Shown piece by piece: positions 22,966-35,216 of a DNA stretch of 64,000 bases. How positions within the stretch are numbered: the first letter of the stretch is position 1; each line of letters starts with the position of its first letter. Source of the stretch: Amphiscolops sp. MND2022 (Eukaryota). Location of the stretch: contig OZ076414.1 of NCBI GenBank assembly GCA_964187785.1, positions 16,244,001-16,308,000 on the forward strand, written 5' to 3'. Position numbers and translations under genes: made by a program. A model generated the notes under the pieces. It saw nothing but the letters and a program-made list of their open reading frames with translations. It was not told where the DNA came from and made no database searches.

Positions 22966-24856
22966 TGTTGGAGTTAACGCTCCTTGCGAGTTCTACTTCT
23001 TCTAATTCATCAGTGGGGTTTCCACCAATCTCAGTCCTGAGAGTTGAATGATCCTGTCCAAGATCCGTACTGGATAAGTTGTCGACTTTAGAAGACAAGT
23101 TTTCGATCAATTTTACTATCTCGCGTTGGTTCACTTCGGTGTCTCTAAGACGTTTGGAAAGTCTGTTTTCGACCTTACTAGAAATATCTTCAAAATTCCT
23201 ATCTGATAATAAAATATTTTCATCGTTGGTCGAACTAGCTATTTCTTCATCTATCTGGCTAGTACTCTGGTCACTCCTTAATTTCCTTTTCTGAGTCTTT
23301 TCTGGCATTTTCGTGAAAAAATTCGAGATTGGAAACTGTTGAATTGAATATTTCTGGAAGGTTGTTGGTCTCAAATTATTCCCAAACGAGCTCAATTGGT
23401 CAAAGAAATAATAACCAACTTCAGCAAAGCAACTAGGGTGAAAATTAACAAACAATTATTAAAGACAGCGATTATCAAAGAAAACGAAGTTGAGGAAGTA
23501 TTCGAATTTAAAGGTGAGTGTACTGCAAAATCATAAAAATAAACTGGTCCTTTCCTTAACCCGCTTCAGGTATAAATACTTTTCGCTAGACACGCGGGAT
23601 AAATCCCGCGCGTGAATTCACACCTTGTTCAGCTCGGCGTCAATCCGAGGCAGGAAAATCCAAATTAGGTCCGCTTCCTCGGGACTCGGCTTTCTGTTTC
23701 AACTCACTTCAAAGGAAAAGTGGGAATCAACTTCCTGCCGAAGTCCCAATTCCGCGTTGCTTCCTTCTTCATTTCCCGCCAATTCAAGACGCCGAACCGA
23801 AGTTGGCACTGAAAATTCATGAACCTAGCTACTGAAGCGGGAAAGGAAAGTGAAATTAGCATCGAATAATCCCAAATTTTACTGCTGATAAATTAAGGGA
23901 AAAACTTCAAATAAATAAATTAACAGCACTGATTTCCTTTAAATCAGACGATTATGGCCGTTAATTGGCATTTTAAGTCAAAGCGAACAATAAACTCCTG
24001 GATGAACTCCAGGTAACGTGTTTCATTTAGAGTAGCCTGGTCGGTTGACCAGGCTGTTGACTCAACTATACATGAACAAAACACTGCATATGGGGGCTGA
24101 ATAATAGCACTGGGGGGTTGTTTTACTACGATATTATTAGATATAATATTCAACAAGGACGGTTTTGCAATTCAGGTAGCTAGAAGTTATATATTGATTA
24201 AATATGTTCGGTAATCTGCCCAGGCTGTTGTCTTATTAGAGAAAGTTAGCGCACTGCCTGGGAAGTTGACTCAAATACAAGGTGAATCAAACGTATCAAA
24301 AATACTTCAAATATCGTTGATTAGTATTTATTGGATGCTCTTTTGGTATTTAGCTTCTTTTAAGCTTTGAAAAACTCGTTTGAATTAGCATCGATTATTT
24401 ATGGTTGATTGTTCAGGTAGTGCGACTGAGCGTGCGTCCCAGCTTCAGTCGACTGGTAAGCTGCCTGGGACGCTGACTCAATTCTTCAATTTGTATTAAC
24501 TGCGCTTAAATCTGATTGGCTAATGCGGATGGATTTATTGAAATTCACTGCTGCCGCTGAGGCAAGTCCCCAGACGACGCGTTGATCGAATTAATTTCGG
24601 TCGGCGCGCTGGCTTGTTGACTGAACAAATACTGCATTCACTATTATATAATTATTTACATATCTATATATTTTAGGTACGGCACAGAGGAGGAAAATGT
24701 ACGTTTGCGTGTGATTTAAATAATATCAGGCTGTTTATTGGTCTTCTATTTTAGATTTGTTTATGGTAATTCTGACCTGTCCTGGTCGATTTCCTCACTT
24801 CCTTCTTCAGGCGTTCCTCTTGTTATGTGTTCCGTGACACCTCTGGGGTCGCGACA
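22966..24856 (-). repeat. 3' LTR (~1.89 kb)
   Basis: Near-identical to 36280-38178; preceded on the minus strand by purine-rich AAGAAAGCCGGGGAC (24857-24871). Confidence 0.93.
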
Positions 24857-25448
24857 GTCCCCGGCTTTCTTGAGGGACGTCCGGTATAGGAGGGAGTGGG
24901 GAAATCGGTCTGAACGGCGACGAAATAGGCTGTTGGAAAACAGATTGTATTAAAGAGTCGTATGAGAACCAAGACGAGTCAGTCGTCAAGTCGCTCCCCG
25001 AAAAGTAGCCAATTGAGCTAGAATGGCTCGAAATGGGACTGACTGTTCCATTATTAGGGGCGAATAACCAGCTGTCCATTTCATGATAATTTCGGGGTGG
25101 ACTGATATTTATGTCATCTTGGATCACGGGGTTGTCCCTGGTAAATCGCCGGATAGTCGGGCCTTCTTCGCTCGCTGTTGAGAGAATTGCCACTGGTGCT
25201 GTATCATGATGCAAAACCAAATGTTCTTCTTCGGTCTTTATGATCTCGTATACATCATGTATTACGGCTGGGGGGGAGCCGTTTTGCGGAGATAATTGGA
25301 TGGTAGGGGTAGATTGAGCTTGGGGCAATTTCAGGTATTCGTCCTGGTCGCGGTTCAGAATAAAGCAGTCGTTAGATAAATCGAATTCTGGTGTCTGCAT
25401 TGTTTCTTTTGGTTGTAATTGCAAGTATAGCAGTAAATGTTGTGACAA
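24807..25448 (-). CDS. Extra sense-strand ORF of the Gypsy element, Ser/Pro-rich, ending inside the 3' LTR
   Basis: Open frame of 213 codons (about 198 from the first ATG, MQTPEF...); no recognisable domain. Confidence 0.45.
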   Translation of the reverse strand: MSQHLLLYLQLQPKETMQTPEFDLSNDCFILNRDQDEYLKLPQAQSTPTIQLSPQNGSPPAVIHDVYEIIKTEEEHLVLHHDTAPVAILSTASEEGPTIRRFTRDNPVIQDDINISPPRNYHEMDSWLFAPNNGTVSPISSHSSSIGYFSGSDLTTDSSWFSYDSLIQSVFQQPISSPFRPISPLPPIPDVPQESRGLSRPQRCHGTHNKRNA

Positions 25449-25741
25449 TAGTAGGCTGCTAACAATTTAAGAGTAAGCTGCGGAATAAAGGTAATTATAG
25501 TCAACTGCGTTGGGAATAGTTGAAACGTTTAAGTGATAATTCCCTTTCTTGTGGTTCGTTCACGCCGCTTGCGTGATTGAGAAAGTTTTCAGCTGGCAGA
25601 CTGAATGACTTCCATTACGTCATAATAATAATACTTCATATTAATAATTACGTTGGTTTCACGCCACGTCTTCGTTTTAATCCTGTTGATGTTATGGTAT
25701 GGTACTTTTCAGATTTGCATTCTTATTTGTCGTAACTTGAG

Positions 25742-28700
25742 ATGGCTGAGTCTACTGATGAGGATGCCGCTCGATTTCTGCAGTCTCGCCAGGTGGGCAT
25801 TATCGAAAGTGAAGCAGAGGTGGGAAGGAGGGATGAGTCAGTTGAAGAGGGTGAGTCGGAGTCGCGTCTTGTAATTGTGGAGAGTTCAAAAGAAGGGGAA
25901 GCGGTTGAGGAGACTGGAGATCGCGACAGTCCTGGTTTGCAAGGTGCTCGCCGTGTTCCTGGATTTGGAGAGGTGGACGATGGTTCAGAGGAGGAAAGTG
26001 CTTCTGAGAGGGATAGCGCTTCCGATGATACCTTGATTTCCGACGGGGATGGCGAGAGTGGTTCAGCCCATTCAACTGGCAGTGACGCCAGGCATGATAT
26101 AGACTTCCTTCGTTACCAGCTTGGTAAGTCCTTACCTATTCTGTTAATGGCCAGTTAACGTTATGAGAGCTAGTATTCTGACGCGTCAATTCATCTACTT
26201 TCATATTCTTTGTAGGTCTTTCTGATGACTCCGAAGACGAGGATTTCTCTCCTGGCAAATTGCCTCCCGTTTCTGTGTTTCGACGGAGTAAGCGTTTGAG
26301 CTCTATTCCGCAGGAGGGGCCGAGTAAGCGAGCTCGTGAGATGTCACTTGGTGGAGGCGCTGGATCTGGTGATGAGGAGTCATCCAATGTTTCTACTGTA
26401 GAGAATGAAGGTAGGCATTCATTTGTGTTTGCTGATTGTCTGGAAGTATCGGGGGAATGGGTTGTTTTCTTTCTGTCCTCGATGTTTTAGTTGCTGGTTG
26501 CATTTCAGGGCGTAGTTAGACTTGCCGACGATGTTTCGAGTGATGCCATCTTTGAAGTTCCTGGCGTCTCCCAGGGTGGTGATGGGGTTACCGTCGTTGA
26601 AGCAAATTCCTCCAAAGTTGTGCATGAGCGTACTCAGCATACTCGCCCCGCAGAAGGACTGGAGGCTTCTGTTCTACACAATGAATGGGAAAAAGGTTAA
26701 TCCTCTCACTATGTCCATGGGTTTCGGGTTTTGATTGGTAGCGGGGTGCATTGTTTGAAATATTGTTCATCTCTCAGTAATTGCGCTTCTGTTTCAGCTG
26801 GTTTATCTGAAGTTCCGGCGGGTGCTGTGTGTCTCTCCTCTTCTCAGGTGTTGCCGTTTGGCCAAGCTGCTGTTCGCTTGGAGAAGACTCAGTCGCGTCT
26901 GGAGTCCCGTTCTTTGACCCGTCGTAAGTAACTGCCAAGTTGTTTCCTCATCTGATTGGTTCTCTGTTTTCTGATTGTGGTTCCGACTGATTTGTTTATA
27001 TATCGTAGTGTGATTGCTTCTGTTGGCCTTTAGTTGGTAATGGTTTTGTTTTTGTTTGTAAGCGTTTAGTTGTGTGTTTAGAGCTTGAAGAAGTTGTGCG
27101 TCTTCTGAAGTCAAAAGGGATTCGCGTGCATCGTGATCAGTCTGAGGCTGGGACTGAGGACGATGCTAAACGGAAGCTGTATGCTTCATATTTGAAGAAG
27201 AAGAAACATCAGACTGAGCGTCATGTTCTCCGGAAAGAGATGGCCGAGCATGCGATACCTCGATTGTTTGTGAGCCAGCGTTCTGATAAAAATCCCAATG
27301 GGTTCAACTGCGCTATCTGTCGCAAGGATTTCATTCTTGAGCAAGGGAGAACCAGAAATTTGGCGTCACTTCGGGAGTAAGACCCATTTCTTGCGTGATA
27401 GGCGGTACAGGCTCGACCATGAGGATTACTTGTACACTCCTCGATTCGATGCTGTGGAAGTCTCGTCTATATCAGCTGAGATCGAAAAAACTCCAGCTGT
27501 GGTTCTTGGTTGTAAGAACCCGTTCGTCGAGGATGAGGTGGATGCTTTGGTCATCGAACGTTCCTGCTTCCACTCTTGTGGGGGGTTTATTCGAACTCCT
27601 ACGTAGTGGTGGGTCACAGTTTCCTCAGGAGGTTATGGAATCAGTTCAGAACTACCATGCCAGTTGATTCCGAATGTGCTCACACGACTTGGAGCAAGAG
27701 AGAGTCTCTTGTTATTCTGACTCAAACTTTATCCAAGGATTATCTGTCGTGTACAGTCCTGGTGTAAGGACGCGCAGTTTAGTGTCAGTTTCCGTGAAGA
27801 TCGTGATGGTCTTCGGTGCTTCGTGCACTGTTGGAATGTCGGTAGTTTACATGAAGTCTGTGTATTGTGGGAGCCCGTGAGACCTGGTATCTGTGATGCT
27901 GAGATTTCCTGTTTGTCCCGTTTGTTAGCTGTTCTTCCTGCTGGGACTGCACCTGTGTCGCTGCGGGGTTGTTCGTCAACCCTTTTCAATGTCTTCGTTG
28001 AGTGGTGTAAGGCTGATAGTCGTCCTGTGCCAATTCTGATGATGAAATATTCTGTGGAGATGTTCAAAGAACATGTACGTGAGGCTTCTGGGCCAAGCGT
28101 TGGGTCTTTGGATCCTTTCTCAATCATTGAGTATCTGCTTCTTCGTTTCGGGAAGGCTTCGCATCAGCCCTGGCTTATGGGTTTGAGTGAGTTGCGTCGT
28201 TGTGTGCAGCAGAGTGCAGTGCCCTTCTCTTCTCTATGTGCCGTGCTGGAAGAGTTGATATGTAACTGGGGTGACGTCCAGTCTTATCTGAAAGTCCTCG
28301 ATTGTTCCTGCCAGTCGTAATAGGGCGCCTTCTGATTTGAATCAGATGGTCTTGGCTGATGCCCAAGTGTTGCCCCGTTTGAGTCTGTTACACCTTTTGG
28401 TGTCGTGCTTCCACGCTAATTTCCAGAAACTTGCTGCTCAGGGGGTTTGTGACTATAGCTGCCGCAATTATGGCGAGTTCTGCTTTTTCTATTGGAGCGT
28501 CCTGAGCAAGGTGAAGAATCTATCTGATCTTCCTGACATCGACTCGTGGAGCGAATACGTTGGGCGACCTCTGAACACTTGGTCCAATGTGGCGTATGTT
28601 GATTGTTTCCGTGGAGAGCGCATTATCGGGATTGCCTTACAGGATTTACTGAGGCTCGGAAACGAGCTTTCTTGCGAGATTGACATGGTCTGCTGATGGA

Positions 28701-29688
28701 ATTTTTGAAAGTGTTATCACGCTGTCCATTCATTCTCTCGCAATTTGCATCGAATTTGAGTTGCTTCTCGCCAGATATGTTGCTTCTGGGAGATGAAAAT
28801 TACGCGGTTGAACTATTCCGTGGATTGATGACGTGCTTCCAGGAGTGTAGACGTGTGACGAATGTGGTTGCTGAGGGTGCCTGCAATGAGTTCAAGTCCT
28901 TTTTGGCGGAACTTCGTCGTCGTAACCGACGTGTCGTGGATACCATCACAGATACTTTCGTGTTCATGCAGCAGTCTGAGGCTTTTGGCTGTCGTGGGAA
29001 TTTGTCTCATGTGGTCCAGTTGGCGTCGCTCGTGGCTATTCCTCGTGAGGTGCAGTACCTAGTCGTGGAATTCTCCCTAAGTGGTGTTCAGATCCCGAAG
29101 AAGATATTATTGTCTTCCATCTTTGCTGTGCACTCTTTCGTTTCTGCTCCTGGGTTCAATTCCGGCGAATTGTTGACAAAAGATTGCTTGCTTGAGTTGA
29201 AAGCCAATTTGCCTGTTGGGAGGGACTTTCTGAACAATGAGAGTTTCGCTCCATGGCGGCCACTGTATGTGCTCAGTCGTCAGGATCTTTACCGTGGCTT
29301 GCGGGGCCGGTTCGATTAGTATTATCTGGAGCAAGTTGCTGAATGGCGTCGTCGTGCTGGTCAGCCACCACTCACAGGATTATCATCCTCCACGACGTTG
29401 TCCGTTGCCGATGTCAGTCCACAAACGTCGGTAGCGCCTGGATTGGTTGTAGATTCTTCTGTCTCCCCGTTGTCAATTAATGTATCTTCTGCTGCTGTTG
29501 TTGGAGCAGGGGGAAGTACAGAGTCTGCGGAGTCTCCTCAGGCTTCCTCTTTGTTTGCTGCTCTGTCGTATTCACCGACTTCCTCCCGTGATGTTACTCG
29601 GATGTTGAGGCAGAAACGAGAAGCTCGACGAGCATCACAAGAGGCTGCGTCAGGTGGGAAAAATTCGACTCCTGTAAAGAAGCGCTAG
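25742..29688 (+). pseudogene. Antisense spliced accessory gene inside the Gypsy element; acidic N-terminus plus hAT-transposase-like fold; this copy is frameshifted
   Basis: ATG at 25742; four GT-AG introns (26124-26215, 26411-~26515, 26696-26797, 26924-27081), all phase 1; then a Zn finger CAICRKD..F....EIWRHFGSKTH and segments resembling hAT motifs, with several frame breaks. Confidence 0.7.
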
Positions 29689-29993
29689 AATGGGTTGTCT
29701 GTGGCTTGAGGCCGTTGGGTTTAGACTTCGTGATTGACTGTAACTTTGTTGTTCTTTCTGTATTATTCAATTTCTTGGTAGTGTTCTTGTACTAAAGAAG
29801 TGTAAGATGGGAATAGAAAAGAGAGAAAAACTTCAGCTGTAGTTAGTCCAATGATGGGGTATTATCGCAATACATTTTTGGCCCCTTGTGTATGTTTTCT
29901 CTTGAGTTCTCAGATTGAGGTATAGTGATAAGTAAGTCGTTTGCAGGTCAATAAGTGAGGCGATTATCCTTCCGAATAATGAAATTTTCAGTT

Positions 29994-32900
29994 TTATAAA
30001 GTCATGTCGACATTCAGTGGATTATAATACGCATAATCCTTTTTCCAGTTTGATGGGGGGTTGCTGCGTAGAATGTATTTTCCTTTTCGGGGAGAACTAG
30101 GTTCTGGGTTGGGGTCGATTTCTGGTGGGCTTTCTTGTTGGTCGGGTTGATTTTCTAGGGATGTGTCTGGGTCGACCTCCTGGGTGTCAGTTTCTGGGTT
30201 GTATTCTCTGTCGGGCGGTATGATTGTAGGTTCGTTATTCGCGGCGTGTTCGGGTGTCATCACGAAGTGTTCAAACCCCGACTGCCATGCTAATGCGTAT
30301 AAGTCATCATGTAGGATCTCGACTTCATTGTCTGGTTGGAAGTCTTTTGTTTGGACCAGAATGTCTGGCAGACGGTCTTTAGTAGGGCACGGTTTCAGGC
30401 GTATCCGGTGTAGGATTTGTGTTTTGTTTGTTTGTAATTTACGGATCAGGTAGTTATTGTTGGGAAGGGTTTTGACTACTACGAATGGTCCTGTCCATAA
30501 GTATTCTCGAAAGGGTAATTTCGATCCCTGGGTGTTTGCCTGGGGGTGTAGGGCATAGCAGTAATCGTTTGCTACTAATGGGTGAGCTGCTGCTTTCTTG
30601 TCATAGTACTGTTTGTACCGTACGTATGAGTGGAGGAGGTGTTTGCTCACTGATTCGTGTATCATTCGGGTCTTTTGGACGACTTCTTCGCCTATGTCTG
30701 TTGTTGGATTTGGTTGTTGGTTCTGTTTAAGGCCAAATTTGATGTCGAGAACATTGTATGGTATTCTACCATGAAACACCCGACTGGGTTCACACCCAAT
30801 TGCCGAATGATACGTTGTGTTATAGTTGAGCGTGGCTGTTGGTACGAACTGGTGCCACATTGTTCGCCTTTCTCCTGTTGAGATTTTCAGAGCTTCTTTA
30901 AGGGATGCGTGGCAACGTTCCAGGATGCCTATCGTTTGGGCGTGCTTTGTTGTAGCGTGACGTAGTTGAATGCCCAGTACGCGTGTTGTGTCTGCTACTA
31001 CTTCTGACATGAATTGTGTTCCTTTGTCGGTTATTATTGTTGTAGGTAGGTAGGCGTGTCGTGTCATAATGTCTACCAGTACTCTTGCGATGGTCTTTGC
31101 GTCTATCTTGGTGACGCAGTATGTGAACAGGTAGCGTGAGAATATGTCCATGGCTGTGACTATCGCTGTGAATCCGTTCGATGGTTCATCGAACGGGACG
31201 ATGTCCATTTGTAGGGCGTCTTCTGGTCCCAATGCCAGTTTAGAGGCGTCAATCATTGGTGGGGTGAGGAGACGGTTGTCCGTCCGCTTTGTTTGCATGC
31301 ATTTCATGCATTGATTGATGTGTTTGGCTATTTTTGCTGCAAGACCTGGGTAATAGTATTTTTCTCTGCACTGCTGTATTACTTTGGTTATCCCAGGATG
31401 TTTGTCGTGCGATCCGTGGTGGGCTTCTATAAATGAGTCGACTAATTATTCTGGTAACAGGACCTGTAGGTATTTGACTGCTCCGGTCTTTCCGAAATAC
31501 TGCCGGTATATCAGTCCGTCTTTGAGTATGATCCGGGATTCTTGGGCGGTGTATTGGAGTGCCCTGTGGTTTGTAGCCTTTAGGTGTTCATCATATGGTT
31601 CTTTGAGTAGGCGTAGTTTATAATTTCGGAGGACGTTGTCTTTGTCCTGTTGATGTCTCATGTCACGTGGGAGGGGTCTTTCGTTCTCCTCGGTGTTTTG
31701 TGTACGTCTGGTTATTTCCGTTTGAAATACGACAGTGGTTTCTTCAGGGTGGGTTGTGTTGTTGTTTATTTCTTCTGGCGTTTGTGGGGTGTTGTTCTCC
31801 TGTATCTTTTTGCGGGCTCTTTGTTTCCTCTCCCAAATTTGCTCCTCTGTTTCGATGTCGTCTTCGGGGAGGAAGTAGAATTGTTCTTCTTCGGCTACGT
31901 TGGAAGAGTGAATGTGCACTTCAATTGGTGTAGTTTGAATGTCGTCTCTTATTAGCAGTTGGACTTTCTCTTTTGGATCCAGGTCAAGTCGTGAGAGGAA
32001 ATCTGCGGCAGTGTTCATCCTTCCTGGAACATGGGCGATTGTAAAATTAAACTGTAGGACGAAATCGCAGGCGTTCCATAATGCTCGCGGTATTATTTTG
32101 GTTTGGAAAAAACGTGTAACAGATTTGTTGTCTGTTAGGACGATGACTGGTTCGGTCGATCCCCACAAGATGTGGCTGTATTCCATGAAGGCAAAATATA
32201 TAGCCAGGAATTCTTTGGCATATATCGACATTTTGATTTGTGACGGCGAGAATGTTTTGGATCCAAACGCGACTGGGGCATATGTCTTTTTGACCGAGGT
32301 CAGTTTCTCGTCAGCGTTTTCTTCGATCATGAGGGCGTAGCCGGCATTCTTGAAGTTCCCGTCGGTCATGAGGACATATTGCTTGTTGGGTAAGGGTTGT
32401 TTCAGCCATAGTCCACAAGCATTGTCCAGGGCCTTGTTGATGTTTTCGAATCTCGTTTGTGATCTTGATTGGCTTATCTGCTTTGACCAACTCGTGGAAG
32501 GGTGCGATTTTTTCGGAGAGGCGAGGTATGTAGTTCCGATAATAGTTAACGAAACCAATGTACCTTTGTAGGCCCTTTTTGGTTTTTGGGAACGACAGTG
32601 TTTGCAGGTAGTTTTTGATCTTGTGAGGCTGTGTGGCAATGCCTTCGGGTGAGACTGTTCGTCCAAGGAATTCGACTTCCTTGGCACCGAACTGGCATTT
32701 AGCCATTGTCAGACGCAGACCTGCTTCCCTAATGCACTGGAAGACCTCACGCAGGTTGTTCTTCAGCTCCTCGGCAGTGTGCGTAGCTATCCCGATGTCG
32801 TCAACGTACTGGGCACACTTGTCAGCTTTTATGACTCGGTCGAGATACTCCCGCATGAAGCTCGAGAAGGAAGAGAGGGATCTGCTGAGCCCTTGTGCAA

Positions 32901-34817
32901 GTCGCAGGTAGGCGAATGTCCGACTGGCAAAGTTGAACGCCAGGAGTTCCACTGCTTTCTGGTCCGCCATTTGCAGGACATGGTAGGCCTGAGAGCAGTC
33001 AAGCTTGCAGAACAGTTTCTTTCCGGCTAAGTGCTGCGCAGCGTCGGAGAGGGTGCTTACTGGATGGTTGTTGTTTATATAGTCGTCGGAGATAAGGTTG
33101 TTGATCTTTCTCAGGTCAACGAGGAGGCGAAGACGTCCGTTAGGTTTTCTTTGCGCAAAAATTGGGCTTGCGTACTTGCTGAAAGGGAGTGTTGTAATGA
33201 TGCCGTAATAGTGCATCAGTGCTAGCTCAACTGTCAAATCCTCCTTCAGATTGACTGGGCATGGTAAACTTTGTGTGTACGCAGGTTGTTCTGATTTGGG
33301 GGTGAGTTTTATTTTGAATTCATTGTTGATTCCAATCTTCGGGGCTGTTGTGCGGGTTGAGTTTCTGGATGTTTTCCAGTTCTTCTATCTCTGAGGATTC
33401 TGCTTTGGATAGGAGTGTGTGTCGATGGGTCTCCTGGGTTGTCTGGTGTTGGGAACCAGAAGTTTTGAGTTGTTTGGGGTTTTTCAGACGATTTCAGGAG
33501 TTCATTGACGTATTCGAGAGCCTGTTCTGTATTGTCTTCTGCTAATACCTTGAGGGCTGCCGAATTGAGTTGTTTAGCTTCCTGGGGTGACAGTATAGTG
33601 AATTCCGCGACGTTTGCATTCTTTTTGAGGGTGAAAGGATTCGGTGATGTGTTGGTGACCCGTATTTCAATTTTTGAGTTTGAGACCGTCGATAGAGAGC
33701 TGGCCACTGCTAGTTGGTGTTCTCCTGAGTATTGTTCAGTGGGGTGGATAATTCCTGTGGTGTTTGTTATGGTACGCAGGTTAATGCCAGCTTCAATTGT
33801 TATGCATTGGTCGGGCATGATGGTAAGTTGGTTTTTGATGGTTACCTTGTGATGTCTTGAAACTGTTTCGTTGTCATCTGCAGCGATTGCGTAGGTCAGG
33901 TGTGGGAAATGGAGCAGGGCCTGGCTTACGTCTAGGATGGCGCTGTTGTTTTTCAGGAATGTTAGCCCAAGGATAGGACCTGTCATCTTTGTAGCTACAA
34001 TAAACGTCTCTTTAAACGTCCAATCTCCTAATTCGAATTGGAGTTGGACGGTTTTCGTTGGTGTTTCTATGTCGCCGTTTGTGTCCTGCAGCTTGAAGGC
34101 GGGTGGGTCCATTTCTTTGAGTATGTTGTCCGGGCTGACTGATTTAATCTGGAGTTCGCTTTCTGGTAGACAGTTGACAAGTGCCCCCGAGTCAACAAGT
34201 GCGTCTACGGATAAATTGAAATCCATTGGGGCGAAAAGCATCTTCCGTTTCTTTTTTAGGTGAATGGCTGAGAAGATTGGTATGCATTTTTTGCTCGTTT
34301 CTGGATCTGTGATTGCGATTTCGTTTAGTTGTTTGTTGGTGTGTATCCAATCCTCATCTTGTTCTGGCTTGTGTGGCTCGTTGGTGGGGGTTTGGATTTC
34401 ACTGGGTGAGTTGTGTGTTGTAGGATTGGCTTTCTCTGTTGGATTGAACTCACTGGTTAGTCTTCGTTTGACACGGCGGGTCCGGAGATTTGTTACAGGT
34501 TCATTTGCCTGTGTGAGGTCCCCGGCTTTTTTGTTGTTTCCCGGGGATTCGGGGGTGGAGTATCGGTGTTCAGGGCTCTCTGGGCTAGAGGGAGACGACG
34601 TTATAGCTGCCCGTATTTCGTTGGAGGTGGCTGGGTGTTTCTTGGGTGACTCATAGTCAACCGGTGGTGGTTGGTTATTGTGTTTGAGTATCGACTTAAG
34701 GGAAGTCGTTGGTGGCGTTACGATCACTGTGATTTCTGTGTCGTGTTCTTCTTCAGCCTGTGGTTCGGGAGTATGATTTAGGTCGTCTTTCCTCTTTGGA
34801 GTTGTCGAGATGTCCAT
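29994..34817 (-). pseudogene. Gypsy pol (protease, RT, RNase H, integrase), broken into four ORFs
   Basis: LVDSGA protease (33309-34817); RT with LDCSQAY, LAQGL and YVDD (32311-33237); RNase H with TDG and EFLAI (31446-32687); integrase with TDKGTQF, ERCH and GPF motifs (29994-31307). Confidence 0.95.
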
Positions 34818-35209
34818 GTTGGTTCTAGCTATGAATTCGTGAAACGGTACGTTGATGGATTGTCTGAAGACAAGGTTTTCGGTGTCGTATAGAGTTTCGT
34901 TGTATTACGGGTCACATTGAAAGTCTGGGTCATAGATGTAAGTTTCGGGTGTAGAGCTGGGGGGTAGTGGTCTACGGGTGGAGTTGTAGTGGGTAGGGTT
35001 TTGGGTGTACCAGTCGGGGTAGGGGAGTTTGTCAAGGGTGTTCTTGTTAAATTTAATGAGACGTCGGATAAGCCATCGTCGCTGCCAGTCGATCGATGGT
35101 TCTCCAGAGCATTCCATAAACAATTCTTTATCAAAGTCCTTCGGGGGTTCAGAGATGGTGTAGTATCTGAAATCGGTGTAGTCCCCGAAACGAAGACGTG
35201 GCTTTAATA

Positions 35210-35216
35210 GTTTTTT
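35210..35216 (-). promoter_or_regulatory. -1 ribosomal frameshift heptamer A_AAA_AAC at the gag/pol junction
   Basis: gag ends CCA AAA AAC TAT TAA; the -1 frame stays open for ~100 codons and is the same frame as the protease ORF 33309-34817. Confidence 0.65.

Noticed and set aside
22966-24856. Left repeat as a second truncated element or segmental duplication, because it contains the gag start
   Set aside because: TG/CA ends, PPT, PBS and the GCGAC TSD define it as the true 3' LTR.
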